IMG/VR virus record: IMGVR_UViG_3300009503_000019
Location: 1-64,000 of that record
Strand: one strand, 5' to 3'
DNA length: 64,000 bases
DNA from: a virus
Shown here: positions 28,398 through 37,667 of the stretch, piece after piece
How the letters are laid out: each line of letters begins with the position of its first letter
How positions within the stretch are numbered: position 1 is the first letter of the stretch
Program-made: the position numbers and the translations under genes
The notes under the pieces: model-generated
Database searches by the model: none
Told to the model about the DNA's origin: nothing
What the model saw: the letters and a program-made list of their open reading frames with translations, nothing else

Positions 28398-29027
28398 CTA
28401 CAGTTTCCATTTTTTTTTGATTCTTAATATTTTTTCTTTAAATACTGGTAATGTTTTCATTGCAATATGTAATGCAAGAAATTCAACGTATTTGATATCA
28501 TCTAAATTTAAACATTTGGATAAGTTTCGGGATTTGTAAATATTTAATTTATTTTTCGAATAAGTTATTTTCAATTTATACCACCACCAGGCAGCATAAA
28601 TGCAATATCCAAAATCAATTTCAACAGTATTATAGATATTTTTTTTGAATAATTGCATCTTCACCGTGCTATATTTATCTAGATGAATTTGTGCAGATGA
28701 ATTAAGTAAATTTAGTTCGCTATTTAGATAAATAGGAATTTGTGTAGATATATAAACTTCTTCATCATTATAAGCATTATTATATACGGAGAAAGTAGTA
28801 CCATCAAATGTTTTAGATAATTCCACATTAATATAATCACAATTGAATTTTTTACTAAATTTTTCAAGGTCTTTTTTCACCGGTATACACATCTTTGCAA
28901 TATCCGAGATTATATCTACAATTTGTTTTTCAAGCTTCTTTTTTGCAATTAACATATTTTTTCTGTCACATTCGTATAAACATTTATTAACTTTATTAAT
29001 TCTGTTTTTAATTTTTATGATGTTCAT
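28398..29027 (-). CDS. QxxINxxIF-family early protein (divergent)
   Basis: N-terminal INKVNKCLY. Confidence 0.6.
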   Translation of the reverse strand: MNIIKIKNRINKVNKCLYECDRKNMLIAKKKLEKQIVDIISDIAKMCIPVKKDLEKFSKKFNCDYINVELSKTFDGTTFSVYNNAYNDEEVYISTQIPIYLNSELNLLNSSAQIHLDKYSTVKMQLFKKNIYNTVEIDFGYCIYAAWWWYKLKITYSKNKLNIYKSRNLSKCLNLDDIKYVEFLALHIAMKTLPVFKEKILRIKKKWKL

Positions 29028-29647
29028 TCTTTTCCCTCTTTTTCAAGTGATTTAATTACTTCCAGAATTTTCATATTTAGTTTCTCCGCTAATTGTAATT
29101 TTATTATATGATTATATATAAAATTTTCTATCATGCCCTTTCTAAAATTATCTGTGAGACCGGAATTATTAGAATATGAAATATATGTATATTTAGTTTT
29201 GATACGGTATGCTTCCGGAGAAGATAATACTATTTCCATCGGATAAATACGAATCACATCATCATCACATCTAATAGAAGGAATTTTTTCTAGTATTAAA
29301 ATCATTTTATTATTTATATGATTATTTATAATGATTCTATTTGTCTTAATTTTTTTTTCTGAACTGACTGCTACTGAAAGTTCTATTTTTGGTTCTTCAG
29401 ATTCTCTATAAATATCTATATTTAAACTTAAATTTTCATGTTCTATATGATTATATCCGAATAATCGTTCCAATTTAGAATCTTCATAAGCAGAAATGAA
29501 TTTATCATAAAAAATCTTTTTCAATTTTTGTGCATTTTCCAAAATTGCTTTTAATTGATACATAAAATTGTTTTTTAATTCTTTAATCTCTTTAGGTTTC
29601 ATATAGATTGCTTGATTTATTTGTTTTTGTGCGTTCTCTATATTCAA
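29024..29647 (-). CDS. QxxINxxIF-family early protein
   Basis: N-terminal AQKQINQAIY. Confidence 0.65.
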   Translation of the reverse strand: MNIENAQKQINQAIYMKPKEIKELKNNFMYQLKAILENAQKLKKIFYDKFISAYEDSKLERLFGYNHIEHENLSLNIDIYRESEEPKIELSVAVSSEKKIKTNRIIINNHINNKMILILEKIPSIRCDDDVIRIYPMEIVLSSPEAYRIKTKYTYISYSNNSGLTDNFRKGMIENFIYNHIIKLQLAEKLNMKILEVIKSLEKEGKE

Positions 29648-29664
29648 TTTTTACCTCCATAAAA

Positions 29665-29787
29665 AAAAGATAGGTTTTGAATTTGTTAATTGGTTGTGTA
29701 ACGGAACCTGGAAGGTGGAGTGGAACAGGCAATTTTGAACAAGAGATAAATTTTGCCATCGATAACAATGGCATTGTCCTATCTTTT
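29665..29787 (-). ncRNA. Structured RNA unit 1 (retron msr/msd-like layout)
   Basis: Closing stem 29665-29674/29778-29787; conserved hairpin 29751-29773. Confidence 0.65.
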
Positions 29788-29798
29788 GTCCTTGTAAT

Positions 29799-29920
29799 GT
29801 CAGAAGATAGATTTAATTTGTTTGTTGTCCAAAATTTACGCTGTTTAAATTTTGGACACGATTTCTATTAGATTTTTATTTTGCTATCGATATCAATAGC
29901 AAATCCTTCTATCTTCCGAC
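29799..29920 (-). ncRNA. Structured RNA unit 2 (retron msr/msd-like layout)
   Basis: 13-bp closing stem with a G.U pair on the minus strand; conserved hairpin 29879-29901; additional 12-bp hairpin TGTCCAAAATTT/AAATTTTGGACA. Confidence 0.65.
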
Positions 29921-29924
29921 GAAT

Positions 29925-30227
29925 TCAAAATTCCCAGCTACAGTGATAAATTGCTAATTCGCTCAATTTATGAATTAAATCAAACTGATTTATTCTTGCT
30001 TTATTAGACCGTTGATAATTTTTTATTAATTCATATACTTGTGTTTCGTCTTCTAATTTGAATATAAAATCTATATCTTCAGGTGAAATTTCGGTCAATT
30101 TATTTCCATTTACTCTGTTCCAGGTCCACATTTGTAATCCGAATACATTTCCTTGATGTTCTTCAACAATATGTTTAATATCTTCCAATATGTGCTCATG
30201 GATCCATTCTATGTCTTCATCGTTCAT
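29925..30227 (-). CDS. Hypothetical protein upstream of the RNA pair
   Basis: Start moved to MNDEDI after GGAGG. Confidence 0.65.
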   Translation of the reverse strand: MNDEDIEWIHEHILEDIKHIVEEHQGNVFGLQMWTWNRVNGNKLTEISPEDIDFIFKLEDETQVYELIKNYQRSNKARINQFDLIHKLSELAIYHCSWEF

Positions 30228-30258
30228 TGCAAATCCTCCTTGTGAATAATTTGATTGA

Positions 30259-30270
30259 TTTATAACAAAA
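30259..30270 (-). promoter_or_regulatory. Promoter motif TTTTGTTATAAA
   Basis: Exact motif. Confidence 0.7.
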
Positions 30271-30273
30271 TTT

Positions 30274-30918
30274 TTGATAAATTTCATTATAATGTTTTTA
30301 ATTTATGAATTAAATATCTATCATTATTTGAATAGACAATTTGGGAATAAGTGGTTATTATGGCTTCCAGAAACGTTAAAAAAGGAGATTGAGACCACTC
30401 AATGTTTGGTTCTTGACGACTTAATATGGAATAAAATACGGGCTATTAGAGCAATACTTTATACAGATTCGTTTTTCGAATATTTTTATATTTTTGAAAA
30501 GATAGTAACTACATTTAACAATCGTATGCCTAATTTTTCAATTTTTACACCTATTTCTCCGCATGAACTTGTTTGGGGGATATTTATTTCTAAGAATATA
30601 AGAGATGATAAGTTCTCCGAGGAAGTAAAGAATTATATTGAAAAGGTTTTTGAATATAATGGTATACTTTTTCCGCATCCTATTGTTGATTTTAACAACA
30701 AATTCAATAAATATAAAGATATTGTTAGAACTATGAATGACAAGTTTGATTCAATCATTGACGAAGATGAAATTACAGACCCGATAGAGCATTCTGCATT
30801 TGAAATTGTCCGAATGGATAGAATCCTTCAAATTAAAAAGAAAGATATGTTTAGAGAAGCAGAGAATAATGGCATAATTTATCAGTTGAAGTTTGACTTT
30901 GATTTAAACTTGATTTAG
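30274..30918 (+). CDS. Hypothetical protein upstream of portal
   Basis: 214-aa ORF; start uncertain. Confidence 0.65.
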   Translation: MINFIIMFLIYELNIYHYLNRQFGNKWLLWLPETLKKEIETTQCLVLDDLIWNKIRAIRAILYTDSFFEYFYIFEKIVTTFNNRMPNFSIFTPISPHELVWGIFISKNIRDDKFSEEVKNYIEKVFEYNGILFPHPIVDFNNKFNKYKDIVRTMNDKFDSIIDEDEITDPIEHSAFEIVRMDRILQIKKKDMFREAENNGIIYQLKFDFDLNLI

Positions 30919-30921
30919 TAT
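30893..30921 (+). promoter_or_regulatory. Sigma70-type promoter, leaderless portal mRNA
   Basis: TTGACT-17-TAGTAT; ATG 7 nt after the -10. Confidence 0.6.
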
Positions 30922-30927
30922 ATAACT

Positions 30928-32781
30928 ATGCTGTTTTTTGATTTAAAATATGATATTGGAATCCCATCTGGTTTAGAACCATCTTTTGAAATTGAGAAGA
31001 CATTAAAGGTTTCTAATATCAAAGATATATTTAAACATATAAACTATTTTTCGAACAATGATGGATTTTTAGCATCTATAATCTTTAAACTTGCTCTCTA
31101 TCCAACAACAGATATTGTTGTTCAACCAGAGAATGACGCAACTGCAAAAATTATAAAGGATTTATTTTATGATGTTTTCGATATAAAGACTATTATTTTG
31201 AATGCATTAATTAGTTATTACATGTATGGGAATTTATTTGTTTCCATATTACCTGCTCGCAAAAGGCATTTTAAGTGCAAACAATGTAATCAAGATTTAG
31301 ATATAAATGATATTCCAATGATTAAATATGCGAAGAAGCAAAAATTTTATGGGATTTGCCCAAAGTGTAATACACGAGTTAATTTTGATGTTTATGATGA
31401 ATTAGACCGATCTGTAGAGAAAATGACTATAAAAATCTGGAATCCTATAGATATAGAATTAAATGATGATGGTTTTGGATATGTAGAAATTTATCACACA
31501 ATTTCTGCAACTCTGAAGAATAAGATTTCCAGAGCTGCAGAAGAAATAGTTTCATATGATCCATCTAAACCACCTCAATTGTCGCCAATGAGACATACAA
31601 AGACTATTTTAAAAAATATTCCATTAGAATTTCTTGATGCTGCAGTTAATGATGTATGGGTTAAATTTCATCCATCTAATATTTTCTTTAAAGCACGTCC
31701 CTCAGATTTAAACTGGATAGATCAGCCGTGGGGAATGCCATTACCTCGTCCTGCATTGAGTGATTTATGGTCATATAATTATCTAAAAAAATTATTGAAT
31801 TATGTTGCAAAAGAGAGAACATTTCTTCGTCGTATTGTATTCCCACAACCATCCGGTTCTGGGGATCCCGCAGAATTAATTAATCTTGCACGTTTCAAAT
31901 CAGAAATTCAGCAGGCGTGGCAGATGTGGAAGTATTATCCTGAAATTTTAAAATTCTTACCATTTCCAATAGGGATTCAGCATATTGGAGGAGAAGAATT
32001 ACAAATTCCTATTGTAGAATTGATGGATGCATTAGAAAAAAGGATTATTCGTGTTATGAATGTTCCTCTTGAATTTGCATACGGAGGTGCTGGCTTTACA
32101 TGGTCTGGAACGAGTGTAGGAATAAGAATGCTGGAAAATCTATTTACTAATGCTCGATTTGTTGCAATATCGTTATTAAAATTCATATTGCAAAAGATGC
32201 AAGATATTTATCAAATTGATACACAGAAACTAAATATCAGATTTACAGATATGAAAACTGCAGATGATTTAGCACGAACCAGATTACTATTTGAACTTGC
32301 ACAAGGAAATAGAATATCATGGTCAACACTTTTAAGAGAGGTTGGTTTAAATTATGAAGAAGAAATGAAAACATTAAAAAAAGATACCGAATTGTTTGCA
32401 GAATTTATGGCAGCATCTGCATTGGCTGAGGCACATGCCCAAAGAGAAGCACAAAAGACTTTAGCAACAACTCCTCTATATCAACAAATGATGCAACAAA
32501 TAGTAGCGGCTGGATTATCTATACCTTCTGACGAGGCAATTTCTCTTCCACCTCCAGTATTAGAGTTTTTGGGTCAAATAATGCAATTAGCACCGGCAGA
32601 ACAAGAATATATATTAAGAATGATGGAAAAAAAGATGCCTACTCTTGTTAAATATACGAGGAAAATTTTAGAAAAAATAAAACTGAGAGCCCCCTCCCCT
32701 CCACAAAGCGAGGAGGGCACAGAAGAATCTTTGCCTGAAGAAAAACCCCCACGGCGTGAGGGGGAAAAGAAACTTATTTAG
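30928..32781 (+). CDS. Probable portal protein with CxxC/CxxC insertion
   Basis: Size; PWGMPLPRPAL clip/stem-like region; helical C-terminus; genomic context. Confidence 0.65.
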   Translation: MLFFDLKYDIGIPSGLEPSFEIEKTLKVSNIKDIFKHINYFSNNDGFLASIIFKLALYPTTDIVVQPENDATAKIIKDLFYDVFDIKTIILNALISYYMYGNLFVSILPARKRHFKCKQCNQDLDINDIPMIKYAKKQKFYGICPKCNTRVNFDVYDELDRSVEKMTIKIWNPIDIELNDDGFGYVEIYHTISATLKNKISRAAEEIVSYDPSKPPQLSPMRHTKTILKNIPLEFLDAAVNDVWVKFHPSNIFFKARPSDLNWIDQPWGMPLPRPALSDLWSYNYLKKLLNYVAKERTFLRRIVFPQPSGSGDPAELINLARFKSEIQQAWQMWKYYPEILKFLPFPIGIQHIGGEELQIPIVELMDALEKRIIRVMNVPLEFAYGGAGFTWSGTSVGIRMLENLFTNARFVAISLLKFILQKMQDIYQIDTQKLNIRFTDMKTADDLARTRLLFELAQGNRISWSTLLREVGLNYEEEMKTLKKDTELFAEFMAASALAEAHAQREAQKTLATTPLYQQMMQQIVAAGLSIPSDEAISLPPPVLEFLGQIMQLAPAEQEYILRMMEKKMPTLVKYTRKILEKIKLRAPSPPQSEEGTEESLPEEKPPRREGEKKLI

Positions 32782-32960
32782 TTTTCTTTTTTTTCGTAAT
32801 AATAGTTGTCATATGTGTTTGATTGTTGGGAATTATTATCAACATTATAAAGTTGATTATTATAATCCCCGTATAATTTTTGGTTGATTTTGTCCTGGAT
32901 ATACTGTCCAACCATTTGTCCTATTAAATATCCTATTGCACCAAAAAGTTTGTCTAACAT
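32778..32960 (-). CDS. Small hypothetical protein
   Basis: Start moved to MLDKLFG after AAGGAGG. Confidence 0.55.
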   Translation of the reverse strand: MLDKLFGAIGYLIGQMVGQYIQDKINQKLYGDYNNQLYNVDNNSQQSNTYDNYYYEKKEN

Positions 32961-33068
32961 AATATTCACCTCCTTCCAATATATAGTCGGTTCAATTGAC
33001 TCATTCCAATAGATTCTTCTGTGCCTCCAAATTAACAATTGATTTATAACAGGAAATTTAATTTTTTT

Positions 33069-33097
33069 TTGATTTTAGATTTTTTTTCTTGTATAAT
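33069..33097 (+). promoter_or_regulatory. Sigma70-type promoter, leaderless
   Basis: TTGATT-17-TATAAT; in-frame ATG at 33105. Confidence 0.6.
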
Positions 33098-33104
33098 TGT
33101 ATTT

Positions 33105-33401
33105 ATGACGAGAATAAAATTTGATGTTTTCAATCTTTTATCTAAACGGGATGTCAACCGACTTAATAAAATTTTGAATGATCCTCATGTTTCTATATTG
33201 AAGTTTGAGATTAGAGATAATAATGCAATTGGATTGCGTCTTATAATGCAATGGAATGAATTTGATGAATCTATTCCAAAACAAATAGAAAAGATGATAA
33301 ATCTAGTTCCAGAAGAAGATTTGAGTAAGTATCCTGAAATTAAACATGAAACTAACGAAGAAAGGAAACGAAAGATGAAGGAGTCAACGGAACTTAAATG
33401 A
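33105..33401 (+). CDS. Hypothetical protein
   Basis: Start moved to MTRIKF. Confidence 0.6.
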   Translation: MTRIKFDVFNLLSKRDVNRLNKILNDPHVSILKFEIRDNNAIGLRLIMQWNEFDESIPKQIEKMINLVPEEDLSKYPEIKHETNEERKRKMKESTELK

Positions 33402-33928
33402 ATACAAATTCTCAAATAGAGCGGACAAAAGAATATGCAAGACAATTGGCAGAACAATTAAAACTAAGTCCAAAACCAATTGTAACATTTCATCCTGCGG
33501 GTGCTTTTGCATATCAACCATCTAAAGGCAAGCCAATCGTTTATTTATATCAATTCACACCAGAAGAACTGGCACATGAAATGGGACATATATATTTATT
33601 TCAGAGACATCCATTTTTATCATCTGTTGCTCAAAGTTTGTATGAGTTGCGGCCATTAACTACTTTTCTAGGGGGGATCACACCTATAGCTCTGATACGA
33701 GAAAGACCGTTGTGGGGGAAACCATTGTTAAAATCAATACCGTTGTCTATTTTAGGAATGTTGGCAGGTTATGGAATAGCAACTATTCCGAAATTGTTAG
33801 AAGAATCGGCTGCAACACAAGTTGGTATAAGAGGTTTGAAACAGTTAGGATATCAGCCTGCGCCTGGACTAACTCGAAGAGAAATGAAATTCTTGTATAG
33901 TTATGCGAAACCACATGTTTCAAGTTGA
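33398..33928 (+). CDS. Membrane-associated zinc metallopeptidase-like protein
   Basis: AHEMGH (HExxH), hydrophobic hairpin, downstream EESAA. Confidence 0.65.
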   Translation: MNTNSQIERTKEYARQLAEQLKLSPKPIVTFHPAGAFAYQPSKGKPIVYLYQFTPEELAHEMGHIYLFQRHPFLSSVAQSLYELRPLTTFLGGITPIALIRERPLWGKPLLKSIPLSILGMLAGYGIATIPKLLEESAATQVGIRGLKQLGYQPAPGLTRREMKFLYSYAKPHVSS

Positions 33929-33953
33929 CAAATAATGAAATTTGTGTTAATAT
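33925..33953 (+). promoter_or_regulatory. Sigma70-type promoter, near-leaderless
   Basis: TTGACA-17-TAATAT with TG; ATG at 33963, no SD. Confidence 0.65.
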
Positions 33954-33962
33954 AAATGCAAC

Positions 33963-34235
33963 ATGTGGAATGATATTTTTAAAATTGCTTATCTGAAGAC
34001 TTTAGTAAAAGAAGCCGGAGTTTTACCATTGACTAAACAGGAAGAATTATGGAAAGCTCTAAAAAAAATGAGACAAGCATTAGGGCATGCTACTTTTGAA
34101 CAGGTGTTACCATCAACAATTGGCAGAGAAACAGAATACTTTACTAAAGCAAGGGCATTAAAAACAATGCCATGGCAGAGATTTACAGAAGAACTTTATA
34201 GAGAGGTACCACAAGTTCGATATTTATATAAATAA
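33963..34235 (+). CDS. KxA-leader protein (probable virion internal)
   Basis: FKIA...VKEA near the N-terminus. Confidence 0.6.
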   Translation: MWNDIFKIAYLKTLVKEAGVLPLTKQEELWKALKKMRQALGHATFEQVLPSTIGRETEYFTKARALKTMPWQRFTEELYREVPQVRYLYK

Positions 34236-34255
34236 TGATTTTTGGAGGTAAAAAA

Positions 34256-34645
34256 ATGTGGCTAAAATATTTGATTGAAATGGAAAAACAGGCAGCAGAA
34301 TTTAGATTAACAACCCTATCACCAAGGGCACGAATGTTGATAAGAGACCTAATAGGAAAAATTGAAAAAGAACGAGCAGCTCAAGCACCAGTATTAAAAG
34401 AAACGTTACAAAAGATGTTACCTATTCCAGCATATGTGCCTCCGCCACAGCCCGGTTTTCTAAGAGGTTTACTTGAAGATACTTTAAATGTGCTCCGTGA
34501 ACCTCGTCGACAGCTTCCTCTTATTTTATCTCCGAAGACATGGAGAGGAGATATTGCTGTTGCAAGAAGGCAATTAGCAAGAAGGATGCGTGGTGCAGGA
34601 CAAGCAATGAGAAGGAGATTAGGGCAACTATTTCCTTTAAGATAA
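34256..34645 (+). CDS. KxA-leader Arg-rich protein
   Basis: Start moved to MWLKYL after GGAGG; EKQAA; Arg-rich C-terminus. Confidence 0.6.
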   Translation: MWLKYLIEMEKQAAEFRLTTLSPRARMLIRDLIGKIEKERAAQAPVLKETLQKMLPIPAYVPPPQPGFLRGLLEDTLNVLREPRRQLPLILSPKTWRGDIAVARRQLARRMRGAGQAMRRRLGQLFPLR

Positions 34646-34663
34646 AAAATTAGCGAGGTTAAG

Positions 34664-34972
34664 ATGTGGAAAGAAATTTTTGATGAAGCATATGTAAAGT
34701 TAGCAAAGAAGCTAACTTATCGAGAGCGTCAGCAACTCCCAGACAGTGCATTTGCTATACCTGAAGAACGTAGATATCCTATTATGGATCGAGCGCATGC
34801 GAAAAATGCTCTTGCACGAGTAGCTCAGTTTGGAACTCCTGAAGAGAGACAGAGAGTGCGTGAAGCGGTTTACAGAAGATATCCTGATTTGAAAGAGCAG
34901 CGTGAAGAAAAAATTGGTCGTCCAATGTCTCGTAGAGAGTTAAAAGAAAAAAAGAAACTCCCAAAAAAATAA
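34664..34972 (+). CDS. KxA-leader basic protein, DUF6582-like
   Basis: YVKLA; R..LPDSAFAIPEERRYPI.D..HA.NALARVAQ motif (recalled family, not searched). Confidence 0.6.
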   Translation: MWKEIFDEAYVKLAKKLTYRERQQLPDSAFAIPEERRYPIMDRAHAKNALARVAQFGTPEERQRVREAVYRRYPDLKEQREEKIGRPMSRRELKEKKKLPKK

Positions 34973-34984
34973 AAAATTAATTAT

Positions 34985-35779
34985 TTAATCCATTGCATAA
35001 GTATTTTCAGGCATTGATGCAATAATTTCTTCTAAATCTGGTAATTTTTTGGTTTTTTTCATAGTTTCCAGATGTTTTCTTATTTCAATAGCCCTACAAT
35101 ATCTTTTTACTTCTTCTGGGCAATAAGCACATAATGGACCGAATTCTGCAATTGAATTCGATATATCTTTTGAACCTTCATGAATTGCTTTAATTCTGTC
35201 AATTATAAAGTTTTTAATTTCTGTAGAGTTTTCAATGTCAACTTGAAATCTTTTTACTCCACGCATTGAAATATATATTAATTCTAATCGCTTAATATTG
35301 TCACTATGAGTTTTTTCATACATATATTTGTATAAATTTACTTGTTTTTTATGTGCTTCATATGGATGATATGGAAATTCCGATGTTGTTTTGTAATCTC
35401 TTAAAATTTTATTTTTGATATCAATTTCATCAATTCTTCCTACAATTTTTTCATTGTGTAATAAAAGCTGTACATCATATTCAGTTAATAAATTTTTATT
35501 ACTATGAAATTCTACTGCTAAATGTAATCCAGTTCCTCTAAATTTAAAAAATAGATTTTCAGGTTTTTCTAAGTAATCAATTTGTCTTTTCAATACTTTT
35601 TGTCTTGGACATACTGTCAAATCAGTAACATGAATATCTTCATCCATTCTTTCTTTTATCATACTCCTTAATATACTTGCCGTATAATCACATGGATTAT
35701 CTCCACTTTCTGCACATGTTAAACATTCTTTAACAGTAAATACATTTTTTCTTTTATTACACATTATTCCTTTTATCAT
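34985..35779 (-). CDS. Cas4-like PD-(D/E)XK exonuclease
   Basis: VTDLTVCPR, GTGLH, GRIDEID...DYKT, QVNLY, C-terminal CAYCP..C. Confidence 0.85.
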   Translation of the reverse strand: MIKGIMCNKRKNVFTVKECLTCAESGDNPCDYTASILRSMIKERMDEDIHVTDLTVCPRQKVLKRQIDYLEKPENLFFKFRGTGLHLAVEFHSNKNLLTEYDVQLLLHNEKIVGRIDEIDIKNKILRDYKTTSEFPYHPYEAHKKQVNLYKYMYEKTHSDNIKRLELIYISMRGVKRFQVDIENSTEIKNFIIDRIKAIHEGSKDISNSIAEFGPLCAYCPEEVKRYCRAIEIRKHLETMKKTKKLPDLEEIIASMPENTYAMD

Positions 35780-36545
35780 TATATCCTCCTTGTACTAATC
35801 TGATCATATTATAAAATTCATCACAATCATAGAATTTATATTTATCCCCAAAAAATATTCCAAGATATTTAATAGTTTTTTTAGTGAGTATCTTAATTAT
35901 GAAAGATGTTGCTAATGATGCTCCAATGATATTCCATATTGGAAGTATACCATTTCCACAATGTACTTTTGACACGTTATTCTTTGATAACATTATATGC
36001 CATGGGACTATGTCAGTAATTTTGAATCCATCAAATATTTGTTTACCTGATTTATGTCTTATATTATAATATTGTGAGGAATGACTTATTGGAAATAATA
36101 GAGTTTGCCCTCCATTTTCATGAACGCCAGTATCGATGATTGCGATAATTTTTGAAATTAAAAAACGTGAACAATGATGGAATATTTTCAGTCGGGTTTC
36201 GAAGTTATCAACACACAAAACAATAATTGCATACATATTTAAAAAATTATTAATTGCATATTCTATTTTGTTTATTATATAGTACAAATTTGAGTATATT
36301 TTTGAATATCTTTGTGCTATGACCTCAGCTTTATATTTTTTTAAATCACTTTTTATAAAGTTCTGATTTAATAAATTTTTTTCTTCTACTCTATCAAAAT
36401 CTATAACAACAATATCTATATTTTTTAAATTTAATGCAGTTAGATTTCTTGCTAGAAAATTAGTGAGATAACTTCCAGTCGCTCCTGCGCCAACTATAAG
36501 TATGTTTATAGGGGCATCATAATCTTGTAAGTTAGCATATAGCAT
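35757..36545 (-). CDS. ThiF-family E1-like enzyme (PRTRC type)
   Basis: IVGAGATGS, DFDRVEEKNL.NQNF, CVDN..TR, VHC. Confidence 0.85.
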   Translation of the reverse strand: MLYANLQDYDAPINILIVGAGATGSYLTNFLARNLTALNLKNIDIVVIDFDRVEEKNLLNQNFIKSDLKKYKAEVIAQRYSKIYSNLYYIINKIEYAINNFLNMYAIIVLCVDNFETRLKIFHHCSRFLISKIIAIIDTGVHENGGQTLLFPISHSSQYYNIRHKSGKQIFDGFKITDIVPWHIMLSKNNVSKVHCGNGILPIWNIIGASLATSFIIKILTKKTIKYLGIFFGDKYKFYDCDEFYNMIRLVQGGYNDKRNNV

Positions 36546-36546
36546 T

Positions 36547-37056
36547 TTATTCCTCCAGTGCGAGAAATTTTAAAAATACTTCTATGTTAATTTTTTTATA
36601 TAGAAAATTTGGTTTTTGAGAGAACGGCATTAATATAAATTTTTGAACTGCATCTTGTGCTGAATGCGGTATATAGTTGTTATAGCATATAGCTTTAAAT
36701 TCAGGTATTTCTTGAAATCCATCAATTTGATTTGGCATTTGTGGGAATATGCCTATAGATTCATTAGGAGTATTTCTATCTATTATACCAAAAAGGAATG
36801 TCTTTTTATTTTTTAAAACAATAAATAATTTTAAATTAGATGGTATTTCAATTTTTTCTATTATCTTATTATCGTTATTACCATTAATATAATACAGGTA
36901 TTTACTATCAACAAATTTGATGTCCAGAGATTTAATGAATTTATTTTTAAATAATATACTTAGCGGAACAATTTTAGTTCCTTTTATAGTATGGATATAT
37001 GCTACTTTATTTGTGTCGGGGTATATATCCATTTTCTTTGATTTATTCATTATCAT
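36547..37056 (-). CDS. Probable prokaryotic E2 family D protein
   Basis: PQMPN...AICY...F...PFS resembles PRTRC protein B; adjacent to ThiF. Confidence 0.5.
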   Translation of the reverse strand: MIMNKSKKMDIYPDTNKVAYIHTIKGTKIVPLSILFKNKFIKSLDIKFVDSKYLYYINGNNDNKIIEKIEIPSNLKLFIVLKNKKTFLFGIIDRNTPNESIGIFPQMPNQIDGFQEIPEFKAICYNNYIPHSAQDAVQKFILMPFSQKPNFLYKKINIEVFLKFLALEE

Positions 37057-37291
37057 CCTCCCATTTGATTGTTATGCCTGTTCCGTTTAATACGAATTTG
37101 ATAAAGGAGTTAATATTTTTATCCCAAAGATATTTTTCATTAGTCAATGTATTTTTTATTTTTTCTGGATATATGAGGATTAAATGTGGGAATAGAAAGA
37201 TATTATATTTTTCAAATGCGGTGCGTAATCGTTCATAGAATTTTGATTTTTCCAAAATTTTATATAAATTCTTCGTCGGTTTCATAATCAC
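37043..37291 (-). CDS. Hypothetical protein in RT-Ubl operon
   Basis: Overlaps both neighbours. Confidence 0.55.
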   Translation of the reverse strand: MIMKPTKNLYKILEKSKFYERLRTAFEKYNIFLFPHLILIYPEKIKNTLTNEKYLWDKNINSFIKFVLNGTGITIKWEDDNE

Positions 37292-37649
37292 CCTCCAAAG
37301 ACTTTAATTGATTTGCAATTTCTTTTAAAACGTCTATATTTTTATGTATTTCAATAAAAAAATTTATTGCTTTATAAAGATCTTCTTTCAATTTAGGATC
37401 CAATGATAAATCCGGATCGAATTCTAATTTGAAATTATATCCCTTTTCACCAACAATTAATCCGACTTTATAAATAGAATCATCAATTTTTTCTATATTA
37501 TTTTCGTCAATTTTTATGTTAAGTCCGTCTAATTCATGAATAATTTCTTTTTTAATTTCTTCTTCTGACAGGGTATCATTCAATTCCAATACAATTTCAA
37601 AATCTGTGCTTGTTGGGTAGTTAGGACCTACTATTTTAATTTCTTTCAT
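37260..37649 (-). CDS. Probable ubiquitin-like protein with C-terminal extension (PRTRC-C-like)
   Basis: About 70-aa domain ending VGEKG (G70), then a 59-aa tail. Confidence 0.5.
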   Translation of the reverse strand: MKEIKIVGPNYPTSTDFEIVLELNDTLSEEEIKKEIIHELDGLNIKIDENNIEKIDDSIYKVGLIVGEKGYNFKLEFDPDLSLDPKLKEDLYKAINFFIEIHKNIDVLKEIANQLKSLEGDYETDEEFI

Positions 37650-37667
37650 TTTAGTACCTCCTTATTT

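Noticed and set aside
34985-35779. Cas4-like gene as evidence of CRISPR-Cas
   Set aside because: No repeat-spacer array or other cas genes seen; solo Cas4-like nucleases are common in phages.
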